Origin: Lama guanicoe | Taxonomy: Eukaryota | DNA: 64,000 bases | Assembly: GCA_013239625.1 (NCBI GenBank) | Contig: MU054925.1 | Span: 310,001 to 374,000, forward strand | Direction: 5' to 3' | Shown here: positions 1 through 11,641 of the stretch, in pieces | How the letters are laid out: every line of letters begins with the position of its first letter | Position numbering within the stretch: position 1 is the first letter of the stretch | Notes under the pieces: model-generated | What the model saw: only the letters and a program-made list of their open reading frames with translations | Told to the model about the DNA's origin: nothing | Databases searched by the model: none | Translations under genes and position numbers: made by a program

Positions 1-321
1 GGAGAGAGATGGCTTCCCTGGAGAGCAAGCCCTAGCACACCACTCAATCCCTCCCCCATTCCTGCCACCTGCCACTCTGGGGCCCAGAGGACAGCCCTCA
101 TCTGGCCTCCCTCACATCTGACCACAGGACAGTCTCCTCTCAGGAGGGTGTAAGCTGACATGGTGAGGGCTTATCCCATCAGAGGACAAGAAGCCATGTG
201 GATAAGATACCCAGACACACCCTCCCTCAGGCTGGCAGAACAACAACAAACTCATGTGGACATGGCCTGGCCAGGCCAGAATGAGGGCACGAACTCTACC
301 CCAGGCCCAGCTCACTCTCAC

Positions 322-3300
322 CTGACATTCTCACTGGGTCCCTCCACGGTCTGGGCCAGAGGTGTGCCCTGGAACGCCGTGGCATGCAGGTAGTCAAAGA
401 CCACATCCCGCATAGACGCATCATTCTCCTGCAGCTCCTGCAGGATCACGTCACGCTCCTTCTCAACCTGGGAGTCTTCCAGGCTGCAGTTCTGCACAAT
501 GTCGGCCAGGAGCTCCACAGCTGGACGTGAAAGAAAGACATGTCTGAGCACCAGGCGGGCCACTGGAGACCAGTAACAGCACAAAACCCTCAGGCCTGAA
601 CACCACTGGTTGCTGTGCTGCAAGTCCATACTCTAAGGGTAACCCCGTCCCTCAGCCAGCCCCGGGGCTCCAGAGTGCCTGTCCTCTGCACCCATGGAGA
701 CCTATCCCACCCCTGCCCCACCCTGCAGGCGTACCTTTTGGCAGGTCCTTGGACAGTGCCTTAATGTAGTAAGCTGTGTGCTCCCGGGTGCTGTACGCAT
801 TAAGATGGGACCCCATGCTCTCCACCTCCTTCTCCAAGGCATTTCCAGGCCGATTCTTTGTTCCCTAGAACCAGACATCAACAGCACTCATCAGGAGCCA
901 TGTGAGAGCCCAGGACTCCCATCCTTCTCCCTCCTTCTCCATCCCACCAAGTGCTAAACAGGACTTGAGCTGGTCGAGGCCCCAGCATTCTGGGTCAACA
1001 GAGTGGAGACATCCGGAAGCCAGGAAAGAAGCGCATGGCCAAACCAAGTGTTACCTGAAATCTAGAGCTCCCATAACAGCCTGATCTTACCAGCACTCCC
1101 TCTCCTCTTACCGACAGTCACGGTCAGGTAAGTTCACACTTCGTTCAGGTGATGCTCCCACTACCACTCTCCCTCCCGCCATTCATATGACTATGTGAGT
1201 GCTAGCTGCCTCTGTGGGACTCAACCCTAGTCCTGTATGTGTGCATATGTGGCAGTGGTGCTGTCCAATGACACACACTCATATGCTGAGACCGACACAC
1301 ATCTGTGATGCTGGAGCTGGCAATGCCCATTCCTGTTCCACAACTCCAGCCATTCTGTATCATCTTCTCCATTTATTCATTCATTTAGAAACTCAGTCTC
1401 TACTCCATGCCCACATAAGCTGGCTTAGCGGCTGTTCCCTTCCTCAAGAAACCTCAGTATTTACATCTAAAAACAAAAGATGAAGAGCATTTCACACAAA
1501 CTAAGTCTGTGTGTTTGTTATAAAGCACGTGTATATCCGCAATTCTACATGCATGCACGCACACACACAACATGGGCCTGGCCTCTGGTGAAGGGTAGGG
1601 CTCCTATGGCTCCCCAGGGTTTTATTTTTTTTTTTTGGCTCTGGGTGCCTTGTGCAGGGACTCACCAACTAGGCTTCACTCAGGAGAGGCCAAACCCATG
1701 TGGCTCCTTCCAGAAAAGCCAGTCAAAGATCACCCCACCCCCAACCCCAATGAAGCCCATAATTGAGAAGGCTGACTTTTCTGACATGCATCTTCAGGAG
1801 GGACAGCAGGAAGCCCTAACCCCGGGGGAGATTCAGGCCTTTAGGAGCCTCACCTTGAAAGCCAGATGCTCCACAAAGTAGCCTGCCCCGTTGTTCTTCT
1901 CAGTCTCATAACGGCTACCAGCGTCAATCCACACCCCGACCTGGACAAGAAACCCCCAACAAAGATAACAAACCAACCAACCCAGCCCCCCACTTACAGC
2001 CCACCCTGTGGGTGACTCCACAAGCCCCAGGGTGGGGAAGAGTTTCTCAGCAGGACCCTTGTGCTTGGAGGCCAGGGCGTTAGCTGAATGACTAGTCACA
2101 CTGCATCATCTCTCCTTCCTACTCTATTTCCTTACTGGTTATCAAGACTCCCAGGGAAAAGGGAAGTTTCTAACTGCACGGTTGCCTGTCCCATCACCAC
2201 AGGGAATTCTTAAACACAATCTCAGTTTTCCATTGATCTTTGTTTTTCCTAGGCAAGCAACTAATCATTTGCAACAATTCCTTTTCTTCCTTCCTAAAAA
2301 TTATACCCTGCCTTTGTTCTGGTGATTGTGTCCTTTTGCCATTAGAGAAGGAGGCTATTTGCTCAGACACTGAAAACTTTATCATGTTTAGGAAACAGCC
2401 TTCATTCACACTTAAAAATAAGAACAAAAAAACCTTCTTAATCAGCCTTAGACACCTAACACTGCCAAGTGTTTCCCTGGCACCCAATGAGAGAATCTTA
2501 TAATTTTCTTAATAGCCTGGTGTGCTATGAAACACACATCATGCTACTCACCCCATATGGTAACACAGATCTAATCTTTTAACTACTATTTGTTCATAGT
2601 TGATTTAAAATTTTCCCATCTACTTTCCTAAGAGATGTTGATGTATATGCCACACATCATAAATTCTTACACGAATGTCTACTTCATCTAACATACTGGA
2701 AAGCAAGATGCATTTTACACAATCCAAGACATCCTTTGATTGTAACGGACAGCACTCCTCTGGCACTAAAGCACAGGGATATTTCTTACAATCTATAGCA
2801 CCTTACTGTCCATGAAGTACAGTATTCTCTACCAAGCTTTCTTAACAGGCTGTGGGTCAGCTTATACAGGTGCCATAGAATAAGGAAGCTGCCTGTCACC
2901 TTTTGCTGTTTTCAGTGACAACTTATATCACAGGACATTATTTGTTCCTGGAAAACTTAAAAGAATTTGCGAGAAAAACCACTTAGCCCTGGAGTTTGGG
3001 GTGAGGAGACAGAGAAGGATCACTTCTTGAGAATATTCTGTTTATCTAGTCAAGATTTCTACCTTTGAGTCAATTTTGAGGGTTTTATTTTTAGGAAAAA
3101 CCAGCAATTCAACTGGAATATTCAAGTGCATTTCTTCTGCAATACAGTTCCGGTCTAGTCAAGATACTGACTTTGGCCGTGAGGCTGGCAGTCACTAATG
3201 TTTCTGAATCCCATTTCCTTCATTGAAGGATCACTTCTTTCACATGGGCTGCGTAAGAAAAAGCTGAAAAAAGAACTTGGCTTGCTGATTGGCAGGCATC

Positions 3301-3942
3301 ACAGCTAAATGAGTGTTGGCTACAGCGAGGACTGCCCCCGATAAGTCAAAACGTGGGCCGGGATTGTGGAGGAGGGTCAATACAGCAGTGACTGAGCAGG
3401 AGTCTGACCCAAACCACAGAGCACCTGGGCCCAAGGTCACACCCTGACCTGCGAAAAGTCGCCAGGCCCAATATGGAGGCGCCCTTCCGACCGCGGCCCC
3501 TACTCACCGTGCAGGTAGGCTGAGAGGACTGCTCGGACGCTACTCGCAGCCCGTTGTCCAGCTGGCTGACCTGCGTCTCTGGCACGTTCTGGAGGGCTTG
3601 GGCATAGGTGGCGGTGCCCCGCAAGGCAGGGGACCTCAGCAGGGCTTGCTGCTGGAAATAGGCGACCAGAATAGAGAACTGGGTTGGGGGGGGGGTCGCT
3701 CCTCAGCTCCCAGGCCCGCAGCGGCATCCCCGTCCCCGCCCTCAGCCATGACCTTCCCACGGCCCTGACCCCGCGACCTCCTCATTCTCGACCCGCCGCC
3801 GCTAAAAGCCGGCTCCCAGTCCGCGTCCCGAAGCCCCGCGACACATAGCTCTGCGCTCTTGTTGCCACCTCACCGAGCGGCGGGTATGCAGGAGCACTCG
3901 CGTCCCAACGCTGGCCGCCCGGCAAACCGCGGAAGCCGCCAT
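322..3942 (-). CDS. UQCRC1: Cytochrome b-c1 complex subunit 1 (core protein 1), exons 1-5; gene continues left of the window
   Basis: Coding exons 3874-3942 (ATG at 3942, [10 protein letters not shown]...), 3508-3648, 1854-1940, 735-864, 322-520, all with GT-AG boundaries. Peptides [49 protein letters not shown] and [23 protein letters not shown] match UQCRC1 (M16 peptidase fold). Confidence 0.98.
1046..1260 (-). ncRNA. Candidate intronic H/ACA snoRNA (SNORA94-like) in UQCRC1 intron 3
   Basis: On the minus strand a TTACCTGA...TCAGGTAA stem is followed by ACA+3 nt (ACA at 1049-1051). A candidate H box ATATGA lies at 1183-1188, with an upstream CTGCC/GGCAG + GGACT/AGTCC hairpin. Human SNORA94 is recalled as hosted in UQCRC1. 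Boundaries approximate. Confidence 0.45.
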
Positions 3943-4340
3943 CTTCTAGCTCCAGTGGGCGCAGGGCCGCCCTGCGCATGCGTAGAGTAGACGCGACGGC
4001 GCCCAAGGCGCAGGGGCAGTACGGCGGCCTTGGCGGTCAGCCGCCCCCTGGCGGAGGAGGCCGGGAATATTCACTCGCTGCTGGGCGCCGGTTCTGTCTT
4101 GACGGCTACGGGTACCCGCGCGCATCAACCCACTTGGCTATCCATCGTCCTGGGCGGGTCCGTCCTTGGTGCAGTCCCTCTTTCTCTTTCACCTGTGGGC
4201 AGCAAGAGCGCGCGATGTTTCTCACAAATCGCGGGCGCCCGGAATCCATTGAGTTTTCCGAGCGGCCGAGCTCGGGCTCAGCCACAGCACGTCTGGGGAT
4301 CGCAATCCCTGGGCTAAAGCACCAGCGTGGAATCCTGGGA
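3460..4340 (-). promoter_or_regulatory. UQCRC1 CpG-island promoter with NRF1 and YY1 motifs
   Basis: CpG-dense. NRF1-type TGCGCATGCG at 3973-3982; YY1 motif AAGATGGCGGC overlapping the start codon (3935-3945); ETS core CGGAAG at 3930-3935. Typical of nuclear OXPHOS genes. Confidence 0.8.
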
Positions 4341-4849
4341 CTATAAGACTGCTGCTGAAAGTCAAAGTTTTCTCAAAGGAATGAAGTAAATGCAGACTGC
4401 CGACATGGGAAGAATTTAACAATATATTGCTTAGGAAAAAGCAACAGTTTTAGAGGCTAATTTGTGAAAAGGATTCCTTGTTTGGAAAACAAAACGCACA
4501 CAAATCAAAACGACTTGCTTTTTCTAATGGTCTACATAGAAAAAAATCCGGAGGAACTTTTAATATGAAATTCAAATTTTTACCAAAAAGTCTGTATTGC
4601 TTTTGAAGTAATAGCATACTTTTGAACTCTGCTTCCTTTTACAGGTATACATAATTTATTGCGCTATTTTTGTGATCATTCAAAATTATCATTCATAATT
4701 AAAATAGAACGTTTTTTTATAAAAATCAGACAAAAGATGCTTAAATGTGCATTGATTAATATTTTGTGGCCTAAAATTATGTTATGATTGAGACATGAAA
4801 AATAAAGTGAAATAGAATCTAATTGGTTCATCTTTCCACTTTTTAAAAA

Positions 4850-5140
4850 CTAGTTTTTAGAAATTTTATATTCACAGGAAAATTGAACAGATAGCACAGA
4901 ATTTCCCATATATTCCCACCCACAAACGGGTATACAGAGTTTCTCCTATCTGTAACATCCTAACTTTTGATACATTTGTTACAATTAATGAACCAATTAT
5001 TCATTATTAAAGTCCATAGTTTGTTTAGATTCCCTTAGTTTTAGTTTTTACCTAATTTCCTTTTTGGTTCTAGGATTCTATCCAGGACACCACATGACAT
5101 TTCGTTGTCATGTCTCCTTCAGCTCCTCTTGCCTGTAACA
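4850..5140 (-). mobile_element. Old L1 (L1M-type) 3' fragment
   Basis: Resembles an antisense L1MC-like 3'UTR (…tccaggacaccacatgacatttcgttgtcatgtctcc…); recognised by eye only. Confidence 0.55.
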
Positions 5141-5239
5141 CACCTCCTCTAGTGACCAGCGCACTCTACACTCTCAATCTAGCAGAGCTCCCGCAAAGAG
5201 CTCTGCCTCCAATTCCTCTCCTCTCACTCTCTCTCCCAA

Positions 5240-5800
5240 ACCCACTTCAGTCCAGCCCCGACTTCACTCTTGCAAAACCACACCTGTCAGAGTAATCCAT
5301 GAGCTCCATGGTGCTAAATTCAACGGTCAAAATGCTAAGTCTTGTTTAACATGTTTGGCCACTCTTTCCTCCTTAGAGCTTCATGCATTCTCCACCTCCA
5401 GGTTCCCATGCTCTCCTGTGCTTTCCTACCTCTCTGGACACTTTGTCTTAGCACCTCTGCTGGTTCCTCCTTACCTCCAAACTCCTACACAGTTGAGTTC
5501 CCAGGGCTCAGTCCTGGTGCTTCTTCCTTTCTTGATCAAAACTTGCCCTTTGGTCATTTTGTCCAGTCTCATGGCTTCAGTGCTGTCTGTACATACAGTG
5601 GCCCCCATTTTCCCATCATTTACTCACCATCTCTCCTGGAGGGCCAACAGACATCTCAATTAAGCATGCTAAAGCTGAAAGCTTTCTCCCAAGCCTGTTC
5701 CTCCCATAATTGTCTTCATCTCAGTAAATGGCACCTCCATGAACCCAGCTGCTCATCCTTGACTCCACTCTCTCAAAATCCACACCCAATTTTTTTTTAA
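5240..5800 (+). mobile_element. L2 LINE remnant
   Basis: Pyrimidine-rich decayed sequence with L2-like phrases (gctaaattcaacggtca, cagtctcatggcttc, catctcagtaaatggcacctccat). Confidence 0.55.
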
Positions 5801-6279
5801 CAAATCCAATAATTTCTAAATCCAGTTACCTAACCCCCTTCCCCACCCCTACAGCTCCCCTGGGCTGAGAAGGGAAGGACAATGAGACAACCAGGAAGTG
5901 TCATGTGCTAGACGCCCACGGAAGGACATGTTTCAAGAGGTTGGTCAAAAAGGAAATGTTACTAAAAGGTCACATACAAGCAGTGGTCCTTGCCACGATT
6001 TGGCAAGAGTCCTCAGTGACTCACTGATTTTCTGGACTTTACTTGGCATATGGAGTGAGGTAAGATCAAAATATCCCCTTCCCCCCTAAATTACGAACTG
6101 AACTTTGTAACAGCAATTCTTGACGAGACCTTCTTTCTCTCCTCATGTCTGAGACTCCATTAATTACCCACAGAGATTCTCAAAACTGTAAAACCCAGTT
6201 CATGCGGGCTGCCTGAGAGGGCTGTGGCAGGCCCCCACTTTCTCACTCAATATTTATTTGACATACACACCAGTGCATT

Positions 6280-7330
6280 CTTTTAGGTTTATTTCTGGGC
6301 TCTCTATTCTATTCCGTTAGTCTGTGTGTCTATTCTTATGCCAGTACCACACTGTTTTGATTACAGTATCTTTGTACTACATTTTGGAAATCAGAAAGCA
6401 TGAGTCCTTCAACTTTGTTCTTCTTTTTCAAGATTCTCTTGGCTATTCAGGGTCCCTCGAGATTCCATATAAATTTTAGAATGGGTTTTTCTATTTCTCT
6501 AACAAGAACCATTGAGAATTTCATAGGGATTACACTGAATCTATAGACCACTGGGTAGTACTGCTGCGTCCAGCGCAGCTTGGGACCGTGTCTGAGGGCG
6601 GGCGACACAAGACTTGAGAAACAAAGAGACAAAGTAAAGAGCAAAGATGGGAACAGGGGACTCAAGATCTTGTGGATCTAGAGTGCTGAAAGCCTGGTCA
6701 CAATCATATTTATTAGGAGTATACAGCTCAGGAAAAAAAATGCAATCAAAGAGGTGAGGCTTTAGATATCCCATGCAGAAGCACAAAGTTCTGCTTGCTG
6801 ATTAACTGATTAATTTCAGGCCTATCCCTTTCAGGAACAATCACCCTCCTCGGGGTATGCAAAATTTCTAAGTCTATCCTGTTATTGCCTCCAGGGCATC
6901 TCGAGATAGCAAATATTTCCCCTGGGTTAAGCCACTTGCTTTCATGCCAGAACAGAGCTCTGTTAATGGATGATCTGGCTTTCCAGGACCATTTGTTTTA
7001 CCCTAAGGAAATATCTGCCCTCCTTCGTGCCTTTATGGTCAGTCTCAGGATTGCCCCTTACAAATTTTCTTTAGCATAATACGTGTTATAGGTCATCTAC
7101 TACGGAAAACACTAAAACAAAGCAAGCATGTGCATTTTAAGCAAGCAAGTGTGAATACAATGTTTTAAGCTCATGGAAATCTATATGTGGCTTGTTTTCT
7201 AGCTGCTTGTTGTCCAGTGGCTTGTTTCCCAGCATAGTACTGTCATTTTAACAATATTAAGTACTCCAGTCCATGAACATGAAGTATCTTTCCATTTATT
7301 TATGTCTAATTTCTTTCAGCAAAGTATTAA
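6280..7330 (-). mobile_element. L1 ORF2 fragment, interrupted by an LTR at 6562-7234
   Basis: Antisense L1 text (tatgccagtaccacactgttttgattac, ttgttcttctttttcaagatt). Minus-strand translation IPMKFSMVLVREIEKPILKFIWNLEGP resembles L1 ORF2. The sequence resumes colinearly after 7240. Confidence 0.85.
6562..7234 (-). mobile_element. ERV solo LTR (class II / ERVK-like), 673 bp
   Basis: TGCTG...CAGCA inverted termini; perfect 6-bp TSD TAGTAC at 6556-6561 and 7235-7240; AATAAA on the minus strand near 6709-6714. Confidence 0.85.
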
Positions 7331-7340
7331 TACCGACATC

Positions 7341-8050
7341 CATAGTAGTTTTCTGTTGCTGCCATAACAATCACCAGAGTTAATGGCTTAGAACAAAACA
7401 AATTTATTATCTCATAGTTCTGCAGGCCCAAAGTCCAACATCAATATCACTGGGCTGAAATCAAGCTATCAGCAGGACTGTGTTTCTTTTTGGAGGCTCT
7501 AGAGAGATTGTGTATTCAGTCATTCAGGTTGTTGGCAGCCTTTAGATTCTAGTAGTTGAAGGAGCAAGGTTTGTTTTCTTGCTAGCTATCACCTAAGGGT
7601 CATTCCCAGCTTCTACAGATCACCTGAATTCCTTGGATCTCTGGATGGTGGGAGATCTCTTCCACCATCTCTAAAGACAGCAGCAGAAAACTAGTATTTT
7701 TCACACTTTGGATCTGTCCAACTTTTCTACCTTTAAGGGCTCATTGCGGTTATACTGGGCCCACCAAAATAATCCAGAATAATCTTCCTATTTAAATGTC
7801 TTTAACCTTAATTCCATTCGCAAAGTTCTTTTTTGCCATGTGCTATAAGATATCCACACGTTTCATGGGCATCTTTTTTTGTTTCCTTGAAGGGGGGGAT
7901 AATTAGATTTTTTATCATTTTATTTTTTTGATGGAGGTACTGGGGATTAAACCCAGGACCTCATGCATGCTAAACTTGCATTCTACCACTGAACTGTCTC
8001 CTTCCCCGCTCCATGGACATCTTGAGGGGTCATTATTCTACCTACCACCA
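7341..8050 (-). mobile_element. MLT1 (ERVL-MaLR) LTR, interrupted by a SINE
   Basis: Characteristic ttgctgccataacaa…aatggcttagaacaaaacaaatttattatctcatagttctg… and terminal cattattctacctaccac. Confidence 0.75.
7876..8007 (-). mobile_element. tRNA-derived camelid SINE (vic-1 type)
   Basis: tRNA-like head with A/B boxes and A-rich tail on the minus strand; ~16-bp TSD gtttcatgggcatctt / gctccatggacatctt. Confidence 0.85.
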
Positions 8051-8474
8051 CCTCCCTGGGAGGCACCAACTCCTGCCCCTCTGGAGACTGCTCCCTCCTG
8101 CTCTCCATACCTCTTTCTTCCACCTGAAATCCTGACCACCATATACTTTCTGGAATAGGTCAAGTTCTCTTGCTTCACCAGGCCCCTGTATGTGCTTATC
8201 TTTCTGACTGGAGCACCCTCCCTTCCTATCACCCCACTCATCCTTCAGGTTCCAGCCGTCAGCTCACACCTGCCCCACCCCAACCTGTCAGCATGCCTCT
8301 CTGCAGAGTAATTGCCTTTTTGAGCCTGTTTCACTGCTGCCACCACCCTTCCCTAATTGTGAGTGGGTGAAGGGGGAGCCAGTTCTGTTCTGTACATCAG
8401 CAGATCCTGCCATCCACAATAGGGCTAGCAAACAGTAAGTGCTTATTAAACTTTGTAGAATATAGAAGTGCATC

Positions 8475-9650
8475 TAACAAGAGGCTGATGAAGCTCAGCT
8501 TTCAACACCCTTCATTTCCAGGCCTTGCGAGGAGCTCTAGTCGGGTGTCCATGGGCTCAAGTATTTTTGGAAAACTTGCAAGGTTATGATCACCTAACTC
8601 CATCTACTTAGGATCTCTGTCCTTTTCCAGTCAGACTCCCATGCAGTCCACTTCCTCTCATATGGGGGACACCAGGAGGCTATAATTTTGGGGGTCCAAG
8701 AGGTGGATTGGGAGGATGGTGGATTGTCCCAGCTTGGATTCTCTGGGAAGCAGACTCCAAGAGGGAGATGAGGCTGTTTACCAAGATGGTTCTTAAGATT
8801 GACATCTGAAGGAGAGAGAAGACTGGCTATGCTCTCAGTGGCTGGCAACAGCAGGCCTTCCTTCAAGGGGAACCCAGGTGGCACATCTCTCAGTCTATCA
8901 TAGGGACATACTTGGTTTGGGTTTAGAGGGACATGTTTATGTGGTTTGCTTCACTCCTATATACAGCCAACTTATTATTCCTGTCCTGGCGCAGGAATGG
9001 CCTCCAGGAACCTCCTGCTGGATTAGAGCTCCTGGTCAAAACATAAGTGCAAGGTCCTGCTGCATTTAGACCCTGCCCTCACCATACTCAATGCTAGAAA
9101 AATCATGAGCTATGGAGGGAGAACAAGGTTTGAAATGTGTGGAGCCAGAAGCTCATTTGTGGAAAATTCTTCCAAATCATACAGCTCTTATAGGACAGAG
9201 AGTTGATGACAGTTTCCCAAAACTGAAAACAAGCCAGACCTTTTATGTGACACCATGAAATTAGTTTTCTAAACTATCAATAATTAAATCACAAATTTCA
9301 ATCAACCAGGATAGAAGAAAGACTGAAGTATCTTTCTATTCTCCGTATAGAAAATGTTTCTCCCCAAATTGTGAAATCCTTATCCTATGTCGAGGCCATC
9401 GGGGAGAGAACAGCCAGAAAACACGGAGGAGAAATATTACAGAAATGTATCAGGAAGTCACCACAAAAATGTTATTGTTCTGGATTTTGTGTTGTAGTAT
9501 TTGTCAACTTTTAAAAATGTGTACGTGGTCATGATTTTTCTGATTTTAATTATCTCTGTTTTTGAATTCGTAATGTTGTATTCTTTTTCTAAAACAGAAA
9601 CCCTCCAGATGCATAGGCCTCAGTACCTGCTCAACCGGGACTACCTATGG
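8475..9650 (+). mobile_element. hAT-Tip100 (Zaphod-like) DNA transposon remnant with an internal LTR-like insert
   Basis: 3' part (aagaaagactgaagtatctttctattctc…tggattttgtgttgtagtatttgtcaac…) and 5' part resemble the Zaphod consensus as recalled; highly decayed. Confidence 0.5.
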
Positions 9651-10213
9651 TAGAAGGAAGAGAGGAAGGGGGTGAGGGCCCCTTTGGGGAGGTTCAGCCC
9701 TCACCCCGCTTCCAGGGGCCTTAGAGCAAGGGCCATTTGAGTGACAAAGCATGTTGAGATGTCACAAAGTTGATGGCAGCCAGGGCCCACCCTCTACCCC
9801 CCAGTCCCAGCTTGGACCCACCATCCTCAACCAGGAGCCCTAGCTGACTCAGCCAGGTGGTCACCGCCTCCGGGCTGCCCTCTGTGAACCACTCAAGTCT
9901 GCCCTGATGGCCAAGTCTTCTCCCACCACACTGGGGTCCCCTGAGGAGCCCCAGAGGAGCAGCTGTATTTGTGAGTGGGATCCTTAGAGAAGAGGGGTCA
10001 CTTGATGGGGGCCGTGGAGCACTGTGAGCCAGCCGCGGCCCTGCCCGCCCAGCCGTCCTGGGCACTGAGGCTCTAAAAGTAGGAAAATGGCACTGGGGCC
10101 AGACAGGCCTGGAGAGAACAAGACACATGGGCCTGAGACTGGCCCAGAGCCTCAGGCCATCCCCTCCCCAACAGGCCACCAGGCAAAGAGAGGCAGATGT
10201 TGGCTCACTCGCT

Positions 10214-11021
10214 CTAGGCGGGAGTCCCCTTTATTTGGGTTCGCTGCTTGGTGGCTAGATGCTGCAGGTGGCCCTCGATGCGGACCAGGAGGGCATCCAG
10301 CATATGCAGGACCCCAAGGAGCAGGGCGCGGTCTGAGATAGGGCCCCGTCGTTTCCAGGGCACACAGGTGTCAGCAGTCACCTGTGGGTGCTGAGGATAG
10401 GACCAAGAGGCAGGAGTGAGAACAGAGGAATAGGACAGAAGTGTGGTGGGAAGGGGGACTTAGGGTGACGGAGGATCACAGAGGGTCTGTTGTGGGCGAG
10501 TGTGGTCATAGGGGCCCATGGAGGCTAGATGAGGAGTAGGGGAATTAAAGGGGGAGGATAGGGGCAGGGTACCATCCATGGGGAGAGGTCAGAGATTGTT
10601 GGTTGAGGACAATGTAGGGACCCTGGGGTGTGAGCGATGGGGGGAGGGCAGCAGGAGGCCCACAAGATGTGAGTGGGAGGATGGGTGGAGGTAGAAGGCT
10701 GTCGGGGCAGAGCAGTGCCAGGCTTACCTCACTCTTAGTAGCCTGTGAGCGCCGCCACTGCATCACCACACGGCTGAGCATCAGCATCATGGCAGTGGTG
10801 ACCGTGACCCCTGCCACAGGGTAGATGCGGTTCACCCCCAGGCCCATCCAATAGCCGGGACAGCCCAGGCTGCCCTCACAACCTTCCAGGCTATTTGGCT
10901 GGCACCCCCAGGGCTGTAAGTCCAGCCCCACCTGGTACCACAGGGGCCGTGACCAGGCATGGGTGTGGACAGGCATCACTAGCAGAAGCAGCCACAGCAG
11001 GAAAGACTGTGCCTGCACCAT
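10214..11021 (-). CDS. TMEM89: Transmembrane protein 89, 2 exons, 156 aa
   Basis: Exon 1 10728-11021 (GCCGCCGCCATGG Kozak; signal peptide, WSRPLWYQVGLDLQPWGCQP, TM helix). Exon 2 10214-10390 (HPQVTADTCVPWKRRGPISD…IKGTPA-TAG). GT-AG intron. Confidence 0.95.
10230..10235 (-). terminator. Probable TMEM89 poly(A) signal inside the last codons
   Basis: AATAAA formed by CAA-ATA-AAG; CA dinucleotides and a U/GU-rich tract follow ~25-60 nt downstream. Confidence 0.55.
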
Positions 11022-11641
11022 GGCGGCGGCAAGTGCCAGGGGCCGGAACCCGGGTGCCTGGCAACAGGCAAACACCCCTCCCCCGGGGGCAGGCTAGGCA
11101 GCAGGTTCCAGCTGGGCCCATGGCTTTCATGAGGGGCCACCTGGCCAGAAGGTATAGGACAGGGGATTTGTTCCAGGGCTGGGAGGATGGCGTCTTGGGG
11201 CCCAGGGCTGAAGAAGTGCCTCCTTTCCCCTCTCCCACCTCCTCACCTAACATCCAACCCCTGAAACTCTCACCCCAACAGCTCCCCATGCTGCTCTCCA
11301 CCCGCCCCTAGCAGAGCGCACAGAGCATTCTGGTCCCCTCCACCCAGCTCAGTTCCATAGTCCTTGCGACAACAGAGTGAATGCTAAAAATGTGGAAATA
11401 AAGCTTAAAGGCTCACCCTTGGCCTGTGAGGTGCCTGTGCTTTGGCCTCCTAGGTGTTCCTTGAACACACCCGCTGCTCCCGACGCCAGGAGCACTGTCC
11501 TGGAAAGAGACTTCTCATGGCTGGCGTTTCAGTTCAAGTGTCACCTGCTCCCTGAGCCTCCCTCCCAGGACCATCCTGGGTAACACAATCCCTTCTCTCT
11601 CACAAGACCCTGTTTTATTTCCTTCAAAGCATTTCTCTGTA

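Noticed and set aside
2194-2503. ORFs suggesting a processed pseudogene in UQCRC1 intron 2
   Set aside because: No recognisable protein similarity, poly(A) tail or TSD; chance ORFs in AT-rich DNA.
2710-2824. Possible TcMar MITE with imperfect inverted ends (gattgtaa…ttacaatc)
   Set aside because: Too decayed to assign or bound by eye.
10545-11075. 176-aa single-exon TMEM89 ORF
   Set aside because: Starts at a non-ATG codon and reads through a strong donor (GAG|GTAAGC); the two-exon model fits better.
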